Assembly: GCA_964016885.1 (NCBI GenBank)
Contig: OZ024740.1
Coordinates: 399,838,001 to 399,902,000 of the forward strand
From: Eledone cirrhosa
Lineage: Eukaryota
Length of the DNA: 64,000 bases
Reading direction: 5' to 3'
The translations under genes and the position numbers were made by a program. A model generated the notes under the pieces. That model did not search any database, had not been told where the DNA came from, and worked only from the letters and a program-made list of their open reading frames with translations. This document shows positions 1-14,590 of the stretch, one piece after another; the stretch's first letter is position 1, and each line of letters begins with the position of its first letter.

Positions 1-15
1 ATAGCAGGAAGAGGG

Positions 16-50
16 TCTTAACGTTTTGGACGCTAGTCCTTCATCAGAAA
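16..50 (-). ncRNA. Degenerate minimal hammerhead ribozyme motif (PLE pLTR)
   Basis: Minus strand TT-CTGATGA-AGGAC-tagc-GTCC-AAAAC-GTTA; GAAA mutated to AAAA; related copy at 5861-5894. Confidence 0.5.
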
Positions 51-553
51 AAAGAATGAGAAATAAGATAGATTGAGGGGACGGGCGGGTTTGAATTGGA
101 AAAAAATGTCTTTAGATAAAATAACAGGTCCATTCATGTTGACATCTCTTGCAAAACTGTTGGTGCTGACGTTTTGTGCATGATTTATGTTTTTAGAAAA
201 CTGGATGATGAAGGAAATCGATGAAGTTTCGTTATTGTGAAGTTATGTTATTGTGCATCGACCTCTTACGCACATTTCGCAGAGGATTGTCTCAAGGTCA
301 CCTATAGAAGTCAAGGACATTAATACATATATGGTCTCTGACCAAAGAACTTTGATAGACTATGTATATATGTATTTATATCTGTATTTTTTACCGTTGA
401 TAAATCAATGATAGACATTGATTGCCAGATAAATTAACTATGGAGATATAAAAGATACAGAAGCGAAAACCAACCCAAACCAAACAGTGAGTGTGTTCTT
501 TTATTATTTCTGGCAATATTATTACAACAAAATGACCCTCCACAAGTATAACA

Positions 554-590
<37 letters not shown>

Positions 591-600
591 CGAACAGAAC

Positions 601-643
601 TGCAGACACTAATGTTTCTGGGTATCACCCTTCATCAGTACAG
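601..643 (-). ncRNA. Minimal hammerhead ribozyme motif
   Basis: Minus strand CTGATGA-A-GGG-tgata-CCC-A-GAAAC-ATTA; stems I and III weak. Confidence 0.5.
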
Positions 644-772
644 CTCACTGTTCACCTGCCAAACTGTCAGAGCTAGTGAAAATATATGCTATTTTCAAAA
701 ATACACAGTGACTGATTGAGGCTTGTTTACAAAATTGCAAACGAATCGAATGTTATTGTTAATATTCGAAAA

Positions 773-951
773 GGGTGGTGGATTGGCAGTATCGGTACAG
801 GGTCGGACGCCATGCTTTCCAGCATAGTTACGTCCCTTTGCGGTCTGAGTTCAAATCCCACCGAGGTTAACTTTGCCTTTCATCCTTACGGGGTCGATAA
901 AATAAAGTACCAGTAATTGATGGCCTTGTGCCAAAAGTAGAAACAATTATT
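773..951 (+). mobile_element. tRNA-derived SINE (major family of this window)
   Basis: Box-B-like GAGTTCAAATCCC, conserved GCCTTTCATCCTTACGGGGTCGATAAAATAAAGTACCAG core, AATTATT tail, TSD ttaatattcgaaaa on both sides. Confidence 0.85.
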
Positions 952-1009
952 AATATTCGAAAAATTCAGATTACATTTATTGTATTCAGCCATGTAGAGC
1001 GAAATTTTC

Positions 1010-1089
<80 letters not shown>

Positions 1090-1160
1090 AATGGTAGCTA
1101 TGATGCTTCCATAGACGGTATGCCAGTTAAGCACTCTATGTTCCTACAGAGCAGAGTGTG

Positions 1161-1196
<36 letters not shown>

Positions 1197-2048
1197 GGTA
1201 AACATTGATGCAATTCAATTCAAGCACTCAATTCAAGCATGTCCGAAGGAAGTTGACCATTAGCTACCGCAGATTTCAACGAAATTCGCTTAGTCAGTTC
1301 ACCCTCTCAGCCAAACAATGGCCCACCAAAGCCTGTACCATAGTTTACTGGTACCCATCCCGACTGTGGCAGTCAGTCGAAAGCCAGAGGGGATGGGAGA
1401 GTGTTAGTTTTTAGAGGTCATAATACTACCTCTCACCAAGCGTGGATAGTACGACTGGCCATCAACTCATAAGGGAAAATAAAATTAATTCTAGGTATCA
1501 TGGTTTTACATTGGAAGTTAAGAGTGAGAGTTGGAAATAAAAATTAAAATCCTAAATCAAATATCAGAAATTATAAATTAAACAATTAAAAAATTAACAA
1601 TTAGAAATTAAAAAAATTTTCAAGTGAGAATCCGGATTGAGGTGAGTAAAAAAATATAGATTGAAGTGAGTAAATAATATGGAGAGACATGTTTAAGCAA
1701 GAAGTTCTGAGAGGGTTTCTAGTGTCACAGTTACTCCATCCACATATTGAATGACAGTGCCGTACATTAGAACGGAGGGTAAGCTACAGTATTCAAGGCA
1801 TTAGTTAATCTGGTACACATCATAATTTCCATCACATGAAACAAAACCAAAGAACAAAACCAAAGAATTTCGTTGAAATCTGCGGTAGCTAATGGTCAAC
1901 CTCCTTCGGACATGCGCCTGCGCAGACCGGTGGGGGTGAATTGGTGCTCATAGGGGAACGGATGAAAAACACAAAAGCACGCACTTCATCCGTTCCCATG
2001 TCGATTCAATTTGGATTGCCTCGGAAAAATAACCTTATTATGTAACAA

Positions 2049-2122
2049 GCTGTCTGATGATGTCACGACACTCGCACACAGAACAGTGTGGCCAGTGTCG
2101 TCATTGAAATATATATCACAGC
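2049..2122 (+). ncRNA. Type I hammerhead ribozyme
   Basis: GCTGT-CTGATGA-[ACGACAC..GTGTCGT stem II]-GAAA-TATATA-TC-ACAGC; palindromic stem III. Confidence 0.85.
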
Positions 2123-3344
2123 ATTATTATTAAAGGACTTGAACATCTGAAACTACTTCGCTTTTCCTTATTCGATATTTACTCCGTCACTCCTATGTGG
2201 AAAAAGTACGTTGAGTGCTTGAATTGAATTGCATCAATATTTACCCTAATAATTTAGCTCCAATTAGTTGAGCGCTCTATGATGTATCCGATATGGTGGA
2301 GAAGTGAGGAACCAACCATGAGCTACCCCGGAAATTCCCTCTACCATGGGGATGGAAACCCCTGACACTGGACGGACATAATAGTAACTTTCGGCTGGAT
2401 AAATACGCGGAAACAAAAAATAAGATAAACCCCTATTTTCCTGCACCAAATCGCATTTGAACAGAAGCCCCCTCAATTCAATCTATACATTGACAGATTG
2501 ACAATCATATGGATCATTTTGCATATATGTACTCTGTGTTTTTGCATTTATTCATTATTGGTTCTTTTCTTTTGTGTACTTTATGTCTGTTATTCTTTGG
2601 TTTTGTTCCATGTGATGGAAATTATGACTGTGTACCAGATTGACTAATGCCTTGAATACTGTAGTTTGCCCTCCGTTCTAATGTACGGCACTCTCGTTCA
2701 ATATGTGGATGGAGTAACTGTGACACTAGAACCCCTCTCAGAACTTCTTACTTAAACATGTCTCTCCATATTATTTACTCACTTCAATCTATATTTTTTT
2801 ACTCACCTCAATCCGGAATCTCACTTGAACATTTTTTTAATTACTAATTGTTAATTTTTTAATTGTTTAATTTATAATTTCTGATATTTGATTTAGGATT
2901 TTAATTTTTATTTCCAACTCTCACTCTTAACTTCCATTGTAAGACCATGATACCTAGAATTAAGTTTATTTTCCCTTATGAATTGATGGTCAGTCGTACT
3001 GTCCACGCTTGGTGAGAGGTAGTATTATGACCTGTAAAAACTAACACTCTCCCATCCCCTCTGGCTTTCGACTGACTGCCACAGTCGGGATGGGTACCAG
3101 TAAACTATGGTACAGGCCTAGGTGGGCCATTGTTTGGCTGAGAGGGTGAACTGACTAAGCGAATTTCGTTGAAATCTGCGGTAGCTAATGGTCAACTACC
3201 TTCGGACATGCGCCTGCGCAGACCGGTGGGGGTGAATTGGTGCTCACAGGGGAACGGATGAAAAACCCAAAAGCACGCACTTCATCCGGTCCCATGTCGA
3301 TTCAATTTGGATTGCCTCGGAAACATAATCTTATTATGTAACAA

Positions 3345-3418
3345 GCTGTCTGATCATGTCACGACACTCGCACACAGAACAGTGTGGCCAGTGTCGTCAT
3401 TGAAATATATATCACAGC
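3345..3418 (+). ncRNA. Hammerhead ribozyme copy with mutated core (CTGATCA)
   Basis: Near-identical to 2049-2122 but G8->C, likely inactive. Confidence 0.7.
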
Positions 3419-3472
3419 ATTATTATTAAAGGACTTGAACATCTGAAACTACTTCGCTTTTCTTTATTCTCT

Positions 3473-3536
<64 letters not shown>

Positions 3537-3872
3537 TGTAGTTAATATGAAGCATTGCGAGATAGTAATAAAAGTACAATGCGGTAGAAAAATACGAAGG
3601 GTAAATTATGACAAATGAAAGAAAAATGTAATGTTTTGTCCAGTGTATTTGTCAGATGCAAAGCTGAAACAGTGCGAGACAAAATAAAAAGAAACGAGCA
3701 ATTGGGGCTTCGCATCTGAAAAGATGAAAAGAGAATAATAGCCCTGAAGTATCATACTAAAATACACTGGTTAAATATTAATTCAATTAATTCAATACTA
3801 CAACGGAGACATAATTTGAGTTTGCTCAACGAAATGCGTGTACTTGCGTTTCTCCTTATGTCTTCGTTGTAG

Positions 3873-4030
3873 TCTATATAAATAAAAGTCGATCATGTCC
3901 GTCCGTGTGTCAGTCCGCTCGTGAGATAAATGAGTTAAAACGAAGGAAGGGGGATGGTGAAAATTCTTCGGCGAAAAAAAAACAAAAAACAAAATCAGCG
4001 TTTCAACTTTTGCACAAAGCTCTGTGTCTG
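3873..4030 (+). mobile_element. Non-autonomous Helitron/HINE-like 5' fragment
   Basis: Starts TCTATATAAATAAAA followed by GTCC/GTGT microsatellite, same architecture as the ends at 17287 and 30753. Confidence 0.4.
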
Positions 4031-4039
4031 TGTTCGTGT

Positions 4040-4122
<83 letters not shown>

Positions 4123-4212
4123 AGTGTGTAAAAGGGAGGGAAGGGATGATGTAAAATCTATGCTCATCATCACCATCAACATCCTCGTCCTAATTGTTTT
4201 AAGATTCTGTTA

Positions 4213-5580
4213 CGGGACAGTATGGCACTGGGGACATAGGATGGTAAAATATGGCAATGGGGAGATAGGGTGGTAAAATACAGCATTTCGGGCACTGCGG
4301 GGCTAGGGTGGCACAGTATGGTACTGCAGAGCTAGGGTGTCACACTATGGCACTGGGAAGCATGAGTGACACAGTATGGATATATGGAGCTAGGGTGGGA
4401 AAAATAAGGCACTTTGAAGCTAAGGTGCCGCATTATTGTAATGGGGAGCTAGGGTGGCACACTATGGAACTGGGTGATTTGGATGTCACAGTATAGCAAT
4501 GGGGAGATAGGGTGGAAAAATAGGGCACTTCGGAAATAGGATGCCCCACTATGGCACTGCAGGGCTTGCGTGACACACTATGGAACTGGGGAGCTTTAGT
4601 GACACAGTATGAAAAAATGGAGCAAGGATGACCCCCCCCCCCTATGACAATGGGGGGATAGTGTGGGAAAATATGGCACTTTGGAGCTAGGGTTCCTAAT
4701 ACGACACTGCGGAGCTTGGGTGGCACACTAAAAATAAGGGTCGGTCCCGGCCGGTTTAAAACACTATGGATTAGTGCCGTATAAAAAATAATAAGTTTGA
4801 GAGCCGGATTAAAAATAATAAGGGTAAGTACCGGATTAAAATAATTAAAGATATGTGCCGGATTAAAAATAAGTTTGAGAGCTGGACTAAAATTAGTACG
4901 GATAAGTGCCGGATTAAAAACACTAAAGATCAGTGTCGGATTGAAAACACTAAAGATCAGTGCCGGATTGAAAACACTAATGATCAGTGCCGGATTAAAA
5001 ACACTAATGAAAATAACAAGGGTAGTGCCGGATTAAAATTAATAAGGATAAGTGCCAGATTAAAAATAATTAGTGTCAGTGCCGGACTAAAAATAATTAG
5101 TGTTAGTGCCGGATTAAAAATAATAAGTTTGAGAGCTAGAATAAAAACACAAATGATCGGTACCGGATTAAAAATAAGTTTGAGAGCCGGATTAAACACG
5201 CAAATGATCGGTGCCGGTTTAAAAACACTAATGATAAGCACCGGATTAAAAATAATAAGGGTCAGTGCCGGTTTAAAAATAATAAGGGTCAGTGACGGAT
5301 TAAAATTACATCACTGCGGGGCTTGGATGGCACACTATGGCAGTGGAAGTTAGAGTGACACAGTATAGAAATATGGGACTAGGATGTCGTAGTATGGCAA
5401 TGTGGCGATAGGGTGGTAAAATACGGCACTTCGGTGCTAGGGTGCGCACTATGGCACAGCGGAGCTAGGGTGGCACACTATGGAACTGGGGAGATGCAGT
5501 GACACAGTATGGAAATATGCAGCTAACGTGACCCTTTATGGAAATGGGGAAATAGTGTGGAAAACATGGCACTTCAAGCT
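4213..5580. repeat. Satellite-like tandem array (~30 bp subunits GGAGCTAGGGTGGCACACTATGGCACTG) interrupted by a second array
   Basis: Repeated degenerate units at 4213-4730 and 5311-5580. Confidence 0.8.
4738..5307. repeat. Minisatellite, ~21-27 bp units GTGCCGGATTAAAAA(T/C)A..
   Basis: About 20 degenerate copies; explains ORF 4853-5353. Confidence 0.85.
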
Positions 5581-5583
5581 AGT

Positions 5584-5742
5584 CGCCATGCTTGCCAGAA
5601 TAGAGTTACGTCCCTTTACGGACTGAGTTCAAATCCTGCCGAGGTTAACTTTGCCTTTCACCTTTACGGGGTCGATAAAATAAAGTACCAGTAATGTACT
5701 GGTATACTTGCTGGCCTTGTGCCAAAAGTAGAAACGATTATA
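5584..5742 (+). mobile_element. 5'-truncated SINE
   Basis: Same core as 773-951. Confidence 0.8.
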
Positions 5743-5860
5743 TATATATATATTATGTAAACAAAAATACCATATATTAGGTAAACAGAAATAACAACAC
5801 AATTGGTACAGTATATGGAAGGAATATATTAGGTTAACGCTTGGAATAGCAGGAAGAAGG

Positions 5861-5894
5861 TATTAACGTTTCAGAGGCTTGTCCTTCATCAGAA
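5861..5894 (-). ncRNA. Minimal hammerhead motif
   Basis: Minus strand CTGATGA-AGG-acaag-CCT-CT-GAAAC-GTTA. Confidence 0.55.
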
Positions 5895-6070
5895 GAAAGA
5901 ATGAGAAATGAGATAGATTGAAAGGACGGGTGGGTTAGAATTGGAGAATGTGTGTATATATATATATATCCAGGGAGTGTAACTTGGAGTTACTGTAGGT
6001 TCACCCGGGTGAGCACTCGATGTTTAGGTTCACTTCAGTGTCGAGGTGTAGAGCTAGACAGAGTGTATTA

Positions 6071-6356
6071 TAGTTAAATAAGATAACAAGGACGATTGGT
6101 TACTCCTTCATTACGTTTATTGGTTGGTGACGCGCGTTTCGCCACTGACCAGCTCAAGTTTCGATCTGTATCAATCTGACCTGACTCTGTAATCCGCGGT
6201 TCGTCAGACCCCTTGTAATATTAATGGAAGAATGAATACATTACAGAGTCAGGTCAGATCAATACAAATCGAACCTTGAGCTGGTCAGTGGCGAAACGCG
6301 CGTCACTAACCAATGAACGTAAGGAAGGAGTAACCAATCGTCCTTGTTATCTTATT

Positions 6357-6362
<6 letters not shown>
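6071..6362. repeat. Foldback (inverted pLTR fragment)
   Basis: 6071-6193 pairs with 6240-6362. Confidence 0.85.
6126..6210 (-). ncRNA. Type I hammerhead ribozyme
   Basis: Minus strand GGT-CTGACGA-A-CCGC..GTGG-C-GAAA-CGCGCG-TC-ACC; palindromic stem III ACGCGCGT. Confidence 0.8.
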
Positions 6363-6431
<69 letters not shown>

Positions 6432-6567
6432 TTGTTTTGAAACATCGAGCGAGTTTGAAAATGGAAAATAGAGGCATTCGCTGGATTTTTGACTAAAGAA
6501 ATTTTTAGCCTGATAGTGGGATTAGAAACCTCCCCTCTTTCTCCCCCCCCTCTCTCTCTCTCTCTCT

Positions 6568-6644
<77 letters not shown>

Positions 6645-6772
6645 TTATATTTAATTTGTTGGGATACAACAACCAAATATTTTTATAACTGATATAAAGC
6701 ACTCAACAAATTTTTGAAGTAAAAATACAATATATTAACAAATGGAAACTATATTTATAAAACCATATTTAT

Positions 6773-6831
6773 TTCATTATACATATTTCAAGGACACCAA
6801 AGCAAATTATGGTGCGCTTTCATCAGATAAA
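6773..6831 (-). ncRNA. Type I hammerhead ribozyme
   Basis: Minus strand CTGATGA-AAG-CGCACCA..TGGTGTC-CTT-GAAA-TATGTA-TA; same family as 55368 and 55573. Confidence 0.7.
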
Positions 6832-6971
6832 ATATAATAGAGATCAGTTTAATAAACAAATATTGACATACCCTTAAAGAATGCGACCATGTCGGTTGGA
6901 AGCTCCCGGATAGTATATATATATATATATTTATCCCGGGTTCAATCGGGGTTAACCACAGTAAGTAACCC

Positions 6972-7016
<45 letters not shown>

Positions 7017-7129
7017 AAGATCGGAATTAAGAGTATTCCGCAGTTCACAGTAATAATAACAATAATATTAGCTCAAAGAAGAATAGAGAATTTTCTTCTG
7101 AGCTCAAATGAAAATATATTACACAAAGA

Positions 7130-7610
7130 GAAGTGTGTTACACAGTGAGATGTGTGTAAAGAATTGTTACAAGTGAGTTTTACCGTTACTGTATAGAGAA
7201 CAATATTTACAGGTTTAGCAATTAAATAGTCAGAATCAAAGTCAGAATCAAATCTCTGAATCACAGTTTTAAATTACCAACCTTGATTTCGCCCTACTTT
7301 GGGAAGCGTGTATATTAACTTTCTCTCTATCCATGAGGTTAGATGTGTCGTGAACAGTATCCACATTTGCTGACTGAGGATCCTGTGGGCTGTTATACTG
7401 CACATATCGGTGGTGAAACGAAGCGAGATTCGTATCAGCAAACTTATAGTTATAAGGTTGGTAATTTAAAACTCTGATTCAGAGATTTGATTCTGACTTA
7501 GTTTTTTTCTATTTAATTGCTAAACCTGTAGATATTGTTCTCTATACAGTAACGGTAAAACTCACTTGTAATAATTCTTTACACACATCCCACTGTGTAA
7601 CACATTTCTA
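7130..7610. repeat. Foldback with central HHR
   Basis: ~7130-7283 is the reverse complement of ~7454-7610. Confidence 0.8.
7368..7440 (+). ncRNA. Type I hammerhead ribozyme with full stem III
   Basis: TGCTGA-CTGAGGA-..-GAAA-CGAA-gcgaga-TTCG-TA-TCAGCA; 6-bp stem I, 5-bp stem III. Confidence 0.8.
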
Positions 7611-7618
7611 TTTGTGTA

Positions 7619-8699
<1,081 letters not shown>

Positions 8700-8968
8700 C
8701 ATAAAACATGTCTATAGAATCACAAGATAAAATATATACCATTTCCTCTCCCAATTAGCATAATTAACTATATAAAAAATCGAATAGACCAGGCTATAAG
8801 AATGAGGCTTCTATGAAGAAATCTCCAACAAATAACCGAAACTAGCCCTTCGCGTCGGCCGCAACGGAATATTTATCGAATATTTCGACAGCGTAATCGC
8901 CCAGATACAGTCAATTAAACAGAATTAGGTGTAAAATAAACTAGGAGAAAATAGAATACATTTAAATA

Positions 8969-9053
8969 CCTCTACCATGGTTTCGTCCGCATTTTGAGAT
9001 TTCCAATAATTATGTAATAATTATGTAACTCGAGCATCGGATTCATCAGGAGA
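8969..9053 (-). ncRNA. Type I hammerhead ribozyme
   Basis: Minus strand CTC-CTGATGA-A-TCCG..CGGA-C-GAAA-CCATGG-TA-GAG; palindromic stem III. Confidence 0.8.
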
Positions 9054-9395
9054 TTTGCTCTGATCTAGACACTAAATTTTCCAAAGTGATCACGCCAAGA
9101 ATTCATTCAAAATGGCTAAGAATCGTGACGTAGTAGCGGTCAGGTTGGAAGGGGTGTGGTAGTTGCTTACGGCTAGTGGCTTTTTTGCTAGAAAGCACAG
9201 CACAATACAGCCAAATTTGTATCTCAACCTAATGGGAGATTATTACATATAAAAGTTTACATATATATACATATACGTGTTTTGCAACGGGACACTTTGT
9301 GGCTCAATGAAAATTTAATAAATTAAATAATCAGAGTTATATATCATAAAACATGTCTATAGAATCACAAGATAAAATATATACCATTTCCTCTC

Positions 9396-9487
<92 letters not shown>

Positions 9488-9491
9488 ATAC

Positions 9492-9524
<33 letters not shown>

Positions 9525-9529
9525 TATAT

Positions 9530-9723
9530 ATAAGAAAATACATTGAAACAAATAGTTGGGAATACGACAAATAATAAATAAATAAATAATTAGAAAAGGG
9601 TATAAATGTTTATAGCTGATTTACAGCACTCAACAAGTTCCTAGAGCAAATGATCAATGAAAATAAGCATTAAATCACTGTATGTAATTATGGATATACA
9701 TACACATACATACATACATATAC

Positions 9724-9788
<65 letters not shown>

Positions 9789-10020
9789 ACCATACAAATA
9801 CACATATATATACATACATATACATACATATACATACATATACATATATATATATACATATAGGAAAAAGTATGACCCCGACGGCAGAGCAAGCCGTTTC
9901 TGAGGCTATTATATATATACACACATAAACAATTATATAAAAATACACATATACACACACCCACACATATCTACAAAAAGTTACGTCACCACCTTAATAA
10001 AAATACACACACACAAATAT

Positions 10021-10085
<65 letters not shown>

Positions 10086-10157
10086 AATACAACAGAAGCA
10101 TATAAAATACTATTATATACAGATATATATAAATAATTATATATACACATACATATA

Positions 10158-10211
<54 letters not shown>

Positions 10212-10980
10212 ATAATAATAAAATTAAAGACTAAAATCCAAAGAGGAAAATATATATCAAATATATAAGAACTGTAGAGGGTGAAAGCAGCGATTCTTTG
10301 CTTAAACTTTAATCTGTTATTTTAATAAATATATATATATATATATATATACATATATATACATATATGCACATATACGCAACACATACACACACACACA
10401 CACAGAAATAAATATCTAAAAATAAAAATGGTGGGTATGTAAAGGTGGGTAAGGTAGAAAGTAGGGGGGAATAAGGAAAATAAATACATAGGAAAAGGTT
10501 TAAATATAAGGGGAGATAAGGGAGAAAAAGAATATGAGTACAGAAAGTGAGTTCAGAAGGTAAAAAAAATCGTAGTGGATGTAAGGCGTAGAGAGCAGAG
10601 AAGTTCAAGGTGGTTGAGTTACTTTTTGTAGATATGTGTGGGTGTGTGTATATGTGTATTTTTATATAATTGTTTATGTGTGTATATATATAATAGCCTC
10701 AGAAACGGCTTGAGTTCTGCCGTCGGGGTCATACTTTTTCCTATATGTATATATATATATGTACATGTATATGTATATATATATGTGTGTATTTGTATGG
10801 TTGTGTATATGCATAATTACATACGGTGATTTAATGCTTATTTTCATTGATCATTTGCTCTAGGAACTTGTTGACTGCTCTAAATCACCTATAAACATTT
10901 ATACCCTTTCTAATTATTTATTTATTATTTGTCGTATTCCCAACTATTTGTTTACCCCTTTCAATGTATTTTCTTATATA
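9530..10980. repeat. Inverted repeat pair (pLTR fragments)
   Basis: ~9530-9980 is the reverse complement of ~10620-10980. Confidence 0.75.
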
Positions 10981-10982
10981 TA

Positions 10983-11087
<105 letters not shown>

Positions 11088-11325
11088 AAATGAAAAGTAT
11101 AGAAATTATTATGAGCAAGAAACACACAGTGTTTCATAATATATAAGTGACTATAGCGTCAAAATGGGAAAATAGTTAACGTTAGATGTGGGAAAAATAG
11201 TTCAAACTCAATTCAAAAAGAATCAGGATATAGATTCATCCAACAGAATTTAGTGAAATTCAGGGAAAAATCATGATAAAATAAAGTTTAAAATACTCAT
11301 CCTTCAATTTAGAAAAACTACAAAT

Positions 11326-11405
11326 GCTCTGTATAGTCTTGAAAAGACTATTTCACGAAACTTTCAGTGGGGATGGTCACGGTTGGATCCGATCATTAGC
11401 AGAGC
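11326..11405 (-). ncRNA. Hammerhead ribozyme, core CTAATGA (G5A)
   Basis: Minus strand GCTCTG-CTAATGA-..-GAAA-TAGTCTT-ttc-AAGACTA-TA-CAGAGC. Confidence 0.7.
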
Positions 11406-11959
11406 TCAACACGATAACCAAAATCTCACTGATTATAATATGCCAAAAAGGGAATTTAAAAGTAGGCTAGTTCGACATCATGCGTAATTATGAAAATAAA
11501 ACGCACATGTGGAGACAGAGCTGGTGACGTCAGAATGAGACGAATGTTTGTTTCCATGAAATAACAGTCAAAAACATTCCGAAAAAAACTCTACAATAAG
11601 GAGTTCAGCAAAAAGCAATATTATCGCGGTTTTTTTTTTAAAAAGAGACCGGGATTAGTCACAAATAATTTAAGCACTCTAGGAAAGAAATCCGAGTATA
11701 AATATAAATGAAAAGTATAGAAATTATTATGAGCAAGAAGCACACAGTATTTCATAATATATAAGTGACTATAGCGTCAAAATGGAAAAATAGTTAACGT
11801 AAGATGTGGGAAAAATAGTTCAAACTCAATTCAAAAAGAATCAGGATATAGATTCATCCAACAGAATTTAGTGAAATTCAGGGAAAAATCAATAGAGCCT
11901 TAACTCATGATAAAATAAAGTTTAAAATACTCATCCTTCAATTTGGAAAAACTACAAAT

Positions 11960-12039
11960 GCTCTGTATAGTCTTGAAAATACTATTTCACGAAACTTTCA
12001 GTGGGGATGGTCACGGTTGGATTCGATCATCAGCAGAGC
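11960..12039 (-). ncRNA. Type I hammerhead ribozyme
   Basis: Minus strand GCTCTG-CTGATGA-T-CGAA..TTCG-T-GAAA-TAGT..ACTA-TA-CAGAGC. Confidence 0.8.
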
Positions 12040-12076
12040 TCAACACAATAACCAAAATCTCACTGATTATAATAAT

Positions 12077-12139
<63 letters not shown>

Positions 12140-12145
<6 letters not shown>

Positions 12146-12243
12146 AGAGTTAAACAAGGTTCAATGAATACATCTAAGAATGAGTTTTACACACATACAT
12201 GTGTGTGTATGTATTTATGTGTATATGTGTGTGTGTGTATATG

Positions 12244-12290
<47 letters not shown>

Positions 12291-12623
12291 ATGTATATGT
12301 GTATGTGTATGTATGTGTATATGTATGTGTGTGTGTGTGTGTATTTATTTTTATATATTTGTATGTGCAAATGTGTGTATTGCTTACCATGTGTGTTTGT
12401 TCATTTATTTGTTGCCTGTATCGCTGTCAACTTTATAATAATTTTTACATTTATTTTTATTCTTATGTGACGGTATTTTTATTATTATATTTTTTCTTAT
12501 AATTAATTGTGTGTGTGCGTATGTAGGTGTGTGTACATATATCTATATTTGTGTATGCGTATGTATGCGTGTATATATGTGTGTATATGTGTGTGTATGT
12601 ACGTGTGTATGATTATGTGTATG

Positions 12624-12690
<67 letters not shown>

Positions 12691-13060
12691 GTGTGTGTGT
12701 GTGTGTGTGTGTGTTTGTGTATTTGTGTGTATGTGTATGTATGGATATGTTGATATATATGTGTGTATGTATGTATATGTATATGTATGTGTATTTGTAC
12801 GTGTATGTATATGTGTATGTATGTATGTATATATATATATATATGTGTGTATATGTATGTATATATATATGTGTATGTATATATGTGTGTGTATGTAATT
12901 GTGTGTGTGTGTGCATGTGTGTTTATTTTCCCTTTCCTTCTTCCTTTTCCAACCTCACTTTCATATAGATTATATTTTTATTTTTTAAAATCCAAAGTTT
13001 GCTTTCAAGAAACCACTGGTAAATGAAATAATTGCCTTATGTTGTTTATTACATAACTAT
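12140..13060 (+). mobile_element. PLE pLTR, HHR 5' half deleted
   Basis: Inverted copy of 7738-8670; retains GCTTTCAAGAAACCACTGGTAAATG but lacks CTGATGA. Confidence 0.7.
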
Positions 13061-13129
13061 TAAGCTCTGCAACCTACATAGAGCAATTTTTTTTCCTGGA
13101 CCTTTCCGATGGAATTACTTCACCCCCCC

Positions 13130-13223
<94 letters not shown>

Positions 13224-13575
13224 GGAGTATCTTTTTGTTTCAAACTTTTGCTTTCATAACAGCCCTCATAACATCAGACACGTCGCCAGACTCTTTAGTT
13301 TCGGAAAACACTAAAACTATTATATTTGTCAAGAATATCGTTAATACACTCAATAAATATCGGAATTGTGAGTGTTGCTTCAATTAATAAATCTCTAAGT
13401 GTAACCCTTTCTGTATAACAGTTAGGAACTGCTTAGAGTTAAGAACCAAAACGAATCTCACTCCCTTTCTCTCTCTTTGTCTGTACACACACACGCGGGC
13501 GCGCGCGCACACACACACGCACGTATATATATACATATATATATATATAATTATATATGCATATATATATATATA

Positions 13576-13730
13576 GAAGAGGAAGACCAAGGTTAACATA
13601 TGTTGATGCCCTAAGGACAGACACTGGTCTGTTGGAGATGCAGGATATGGCAGCGATAATGAGGGACAGAGACCGCTGGAGAGAACTCGTCCATGGATCT
13701 CGGGAATTTTACCCGCCTTAGATGTAGATA
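13576..13730 (+). mobile_element. RTE-clade LINE 3' end fragment
   Basis: Translates RGRPRLTYVDALRTDTG..MRDRDRWRELV..*, the typical RTE ORF C-terminus (RGRP..DR..WR). Confidence 0.7.
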
Positions 13731-13732
13731 TA

Positions 13733-13893
<161 letters not shown>

Positions 13894-14046
13894 TCACTGT
13901 GAACAATTTGTCAGCATTTTCTCTTCCGTTTACCAATATATATATATAGTTAATATATATTATAGTTAAGCTCTATGCGTATAAGCAGAGCAGAAATATT
14001 AATGAAAAAGAACAAAGGAACTATTATGACATTATAACAAGTTTAT

Positions 14047-14093
14047 TGCCGACAGCCGTTTCGTCCGACCATATGGTGGGACTTTTCAAGGCA
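14047..14093 (-). ncRNA. Hammerhead ribozyme, U3-A8 variant
   Basis: Minus strand TGCC-TTGAAAA-GTCC..GGAC-GAAA-CGGCTG-TC-GGCA-ATAAA. Confidence 0.75.
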
Positions 14094-14590
14094 TATAACA
14101 GGTGATTGTAAGTTCATTATTTACATCAACGTTTCACTCAAGATTAGCAGTTTGAAATCGTGGTATACATTAACAGCTCAGCTTGTATATTTGGAGTCTA
14201 TATTCTAAGGGGGCTCTTTTATATTAGTTGTAGGAGTTGTAAAAGGGATGGGTTATAGGGAGTTAAGAGAATTTGAAAAGGGCCTAAGAGTTAGGGATTG
14301 AAGGTTAAAAATTAAAGAATTTATAAGTTACGCATTAAAAGTAAAAGACTTGGGATCTCGTAAAAGCACCTTAAAAAAATCACTCAATAAGCGCATAAAG
14401 CTTATAAGCCCCAATAAACCTAACAAACCAGAAGGGATTAAGAGAATAAAAAAAAATAAAAAAAATAAAAAAAATAAAAAAAAAATATAAAAAAAATATA
14501 TAAAAAAAAATAAATAAAAAAAAAAATTAATAATAAAAAAAAAATAAATAAATAAAATAAAAATAAAAAGTTTCCTATAAAATTCCTTCA

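Larger units (their letters stand above)
1195..3470 (+). mobile_element. Non-coding PLE pseudo-LTR complex (inverted + tandem pLTRs)
   Basis: 1237-1855 is the reverse complement of ~2593-3210; 1865-2170 is directly repeated at 3161-3470; both direct copies carry an HHR; flanked by (TA)n. Confidence 0.8.

Noticed and set aside
773-951. tRNA-like box A/B sequences
   Set aside because: SINE heads with TSDs; no cloverleaf
4853-5353. 166-aa repetitive ORF
   Set aside because: Product of the minisatellite
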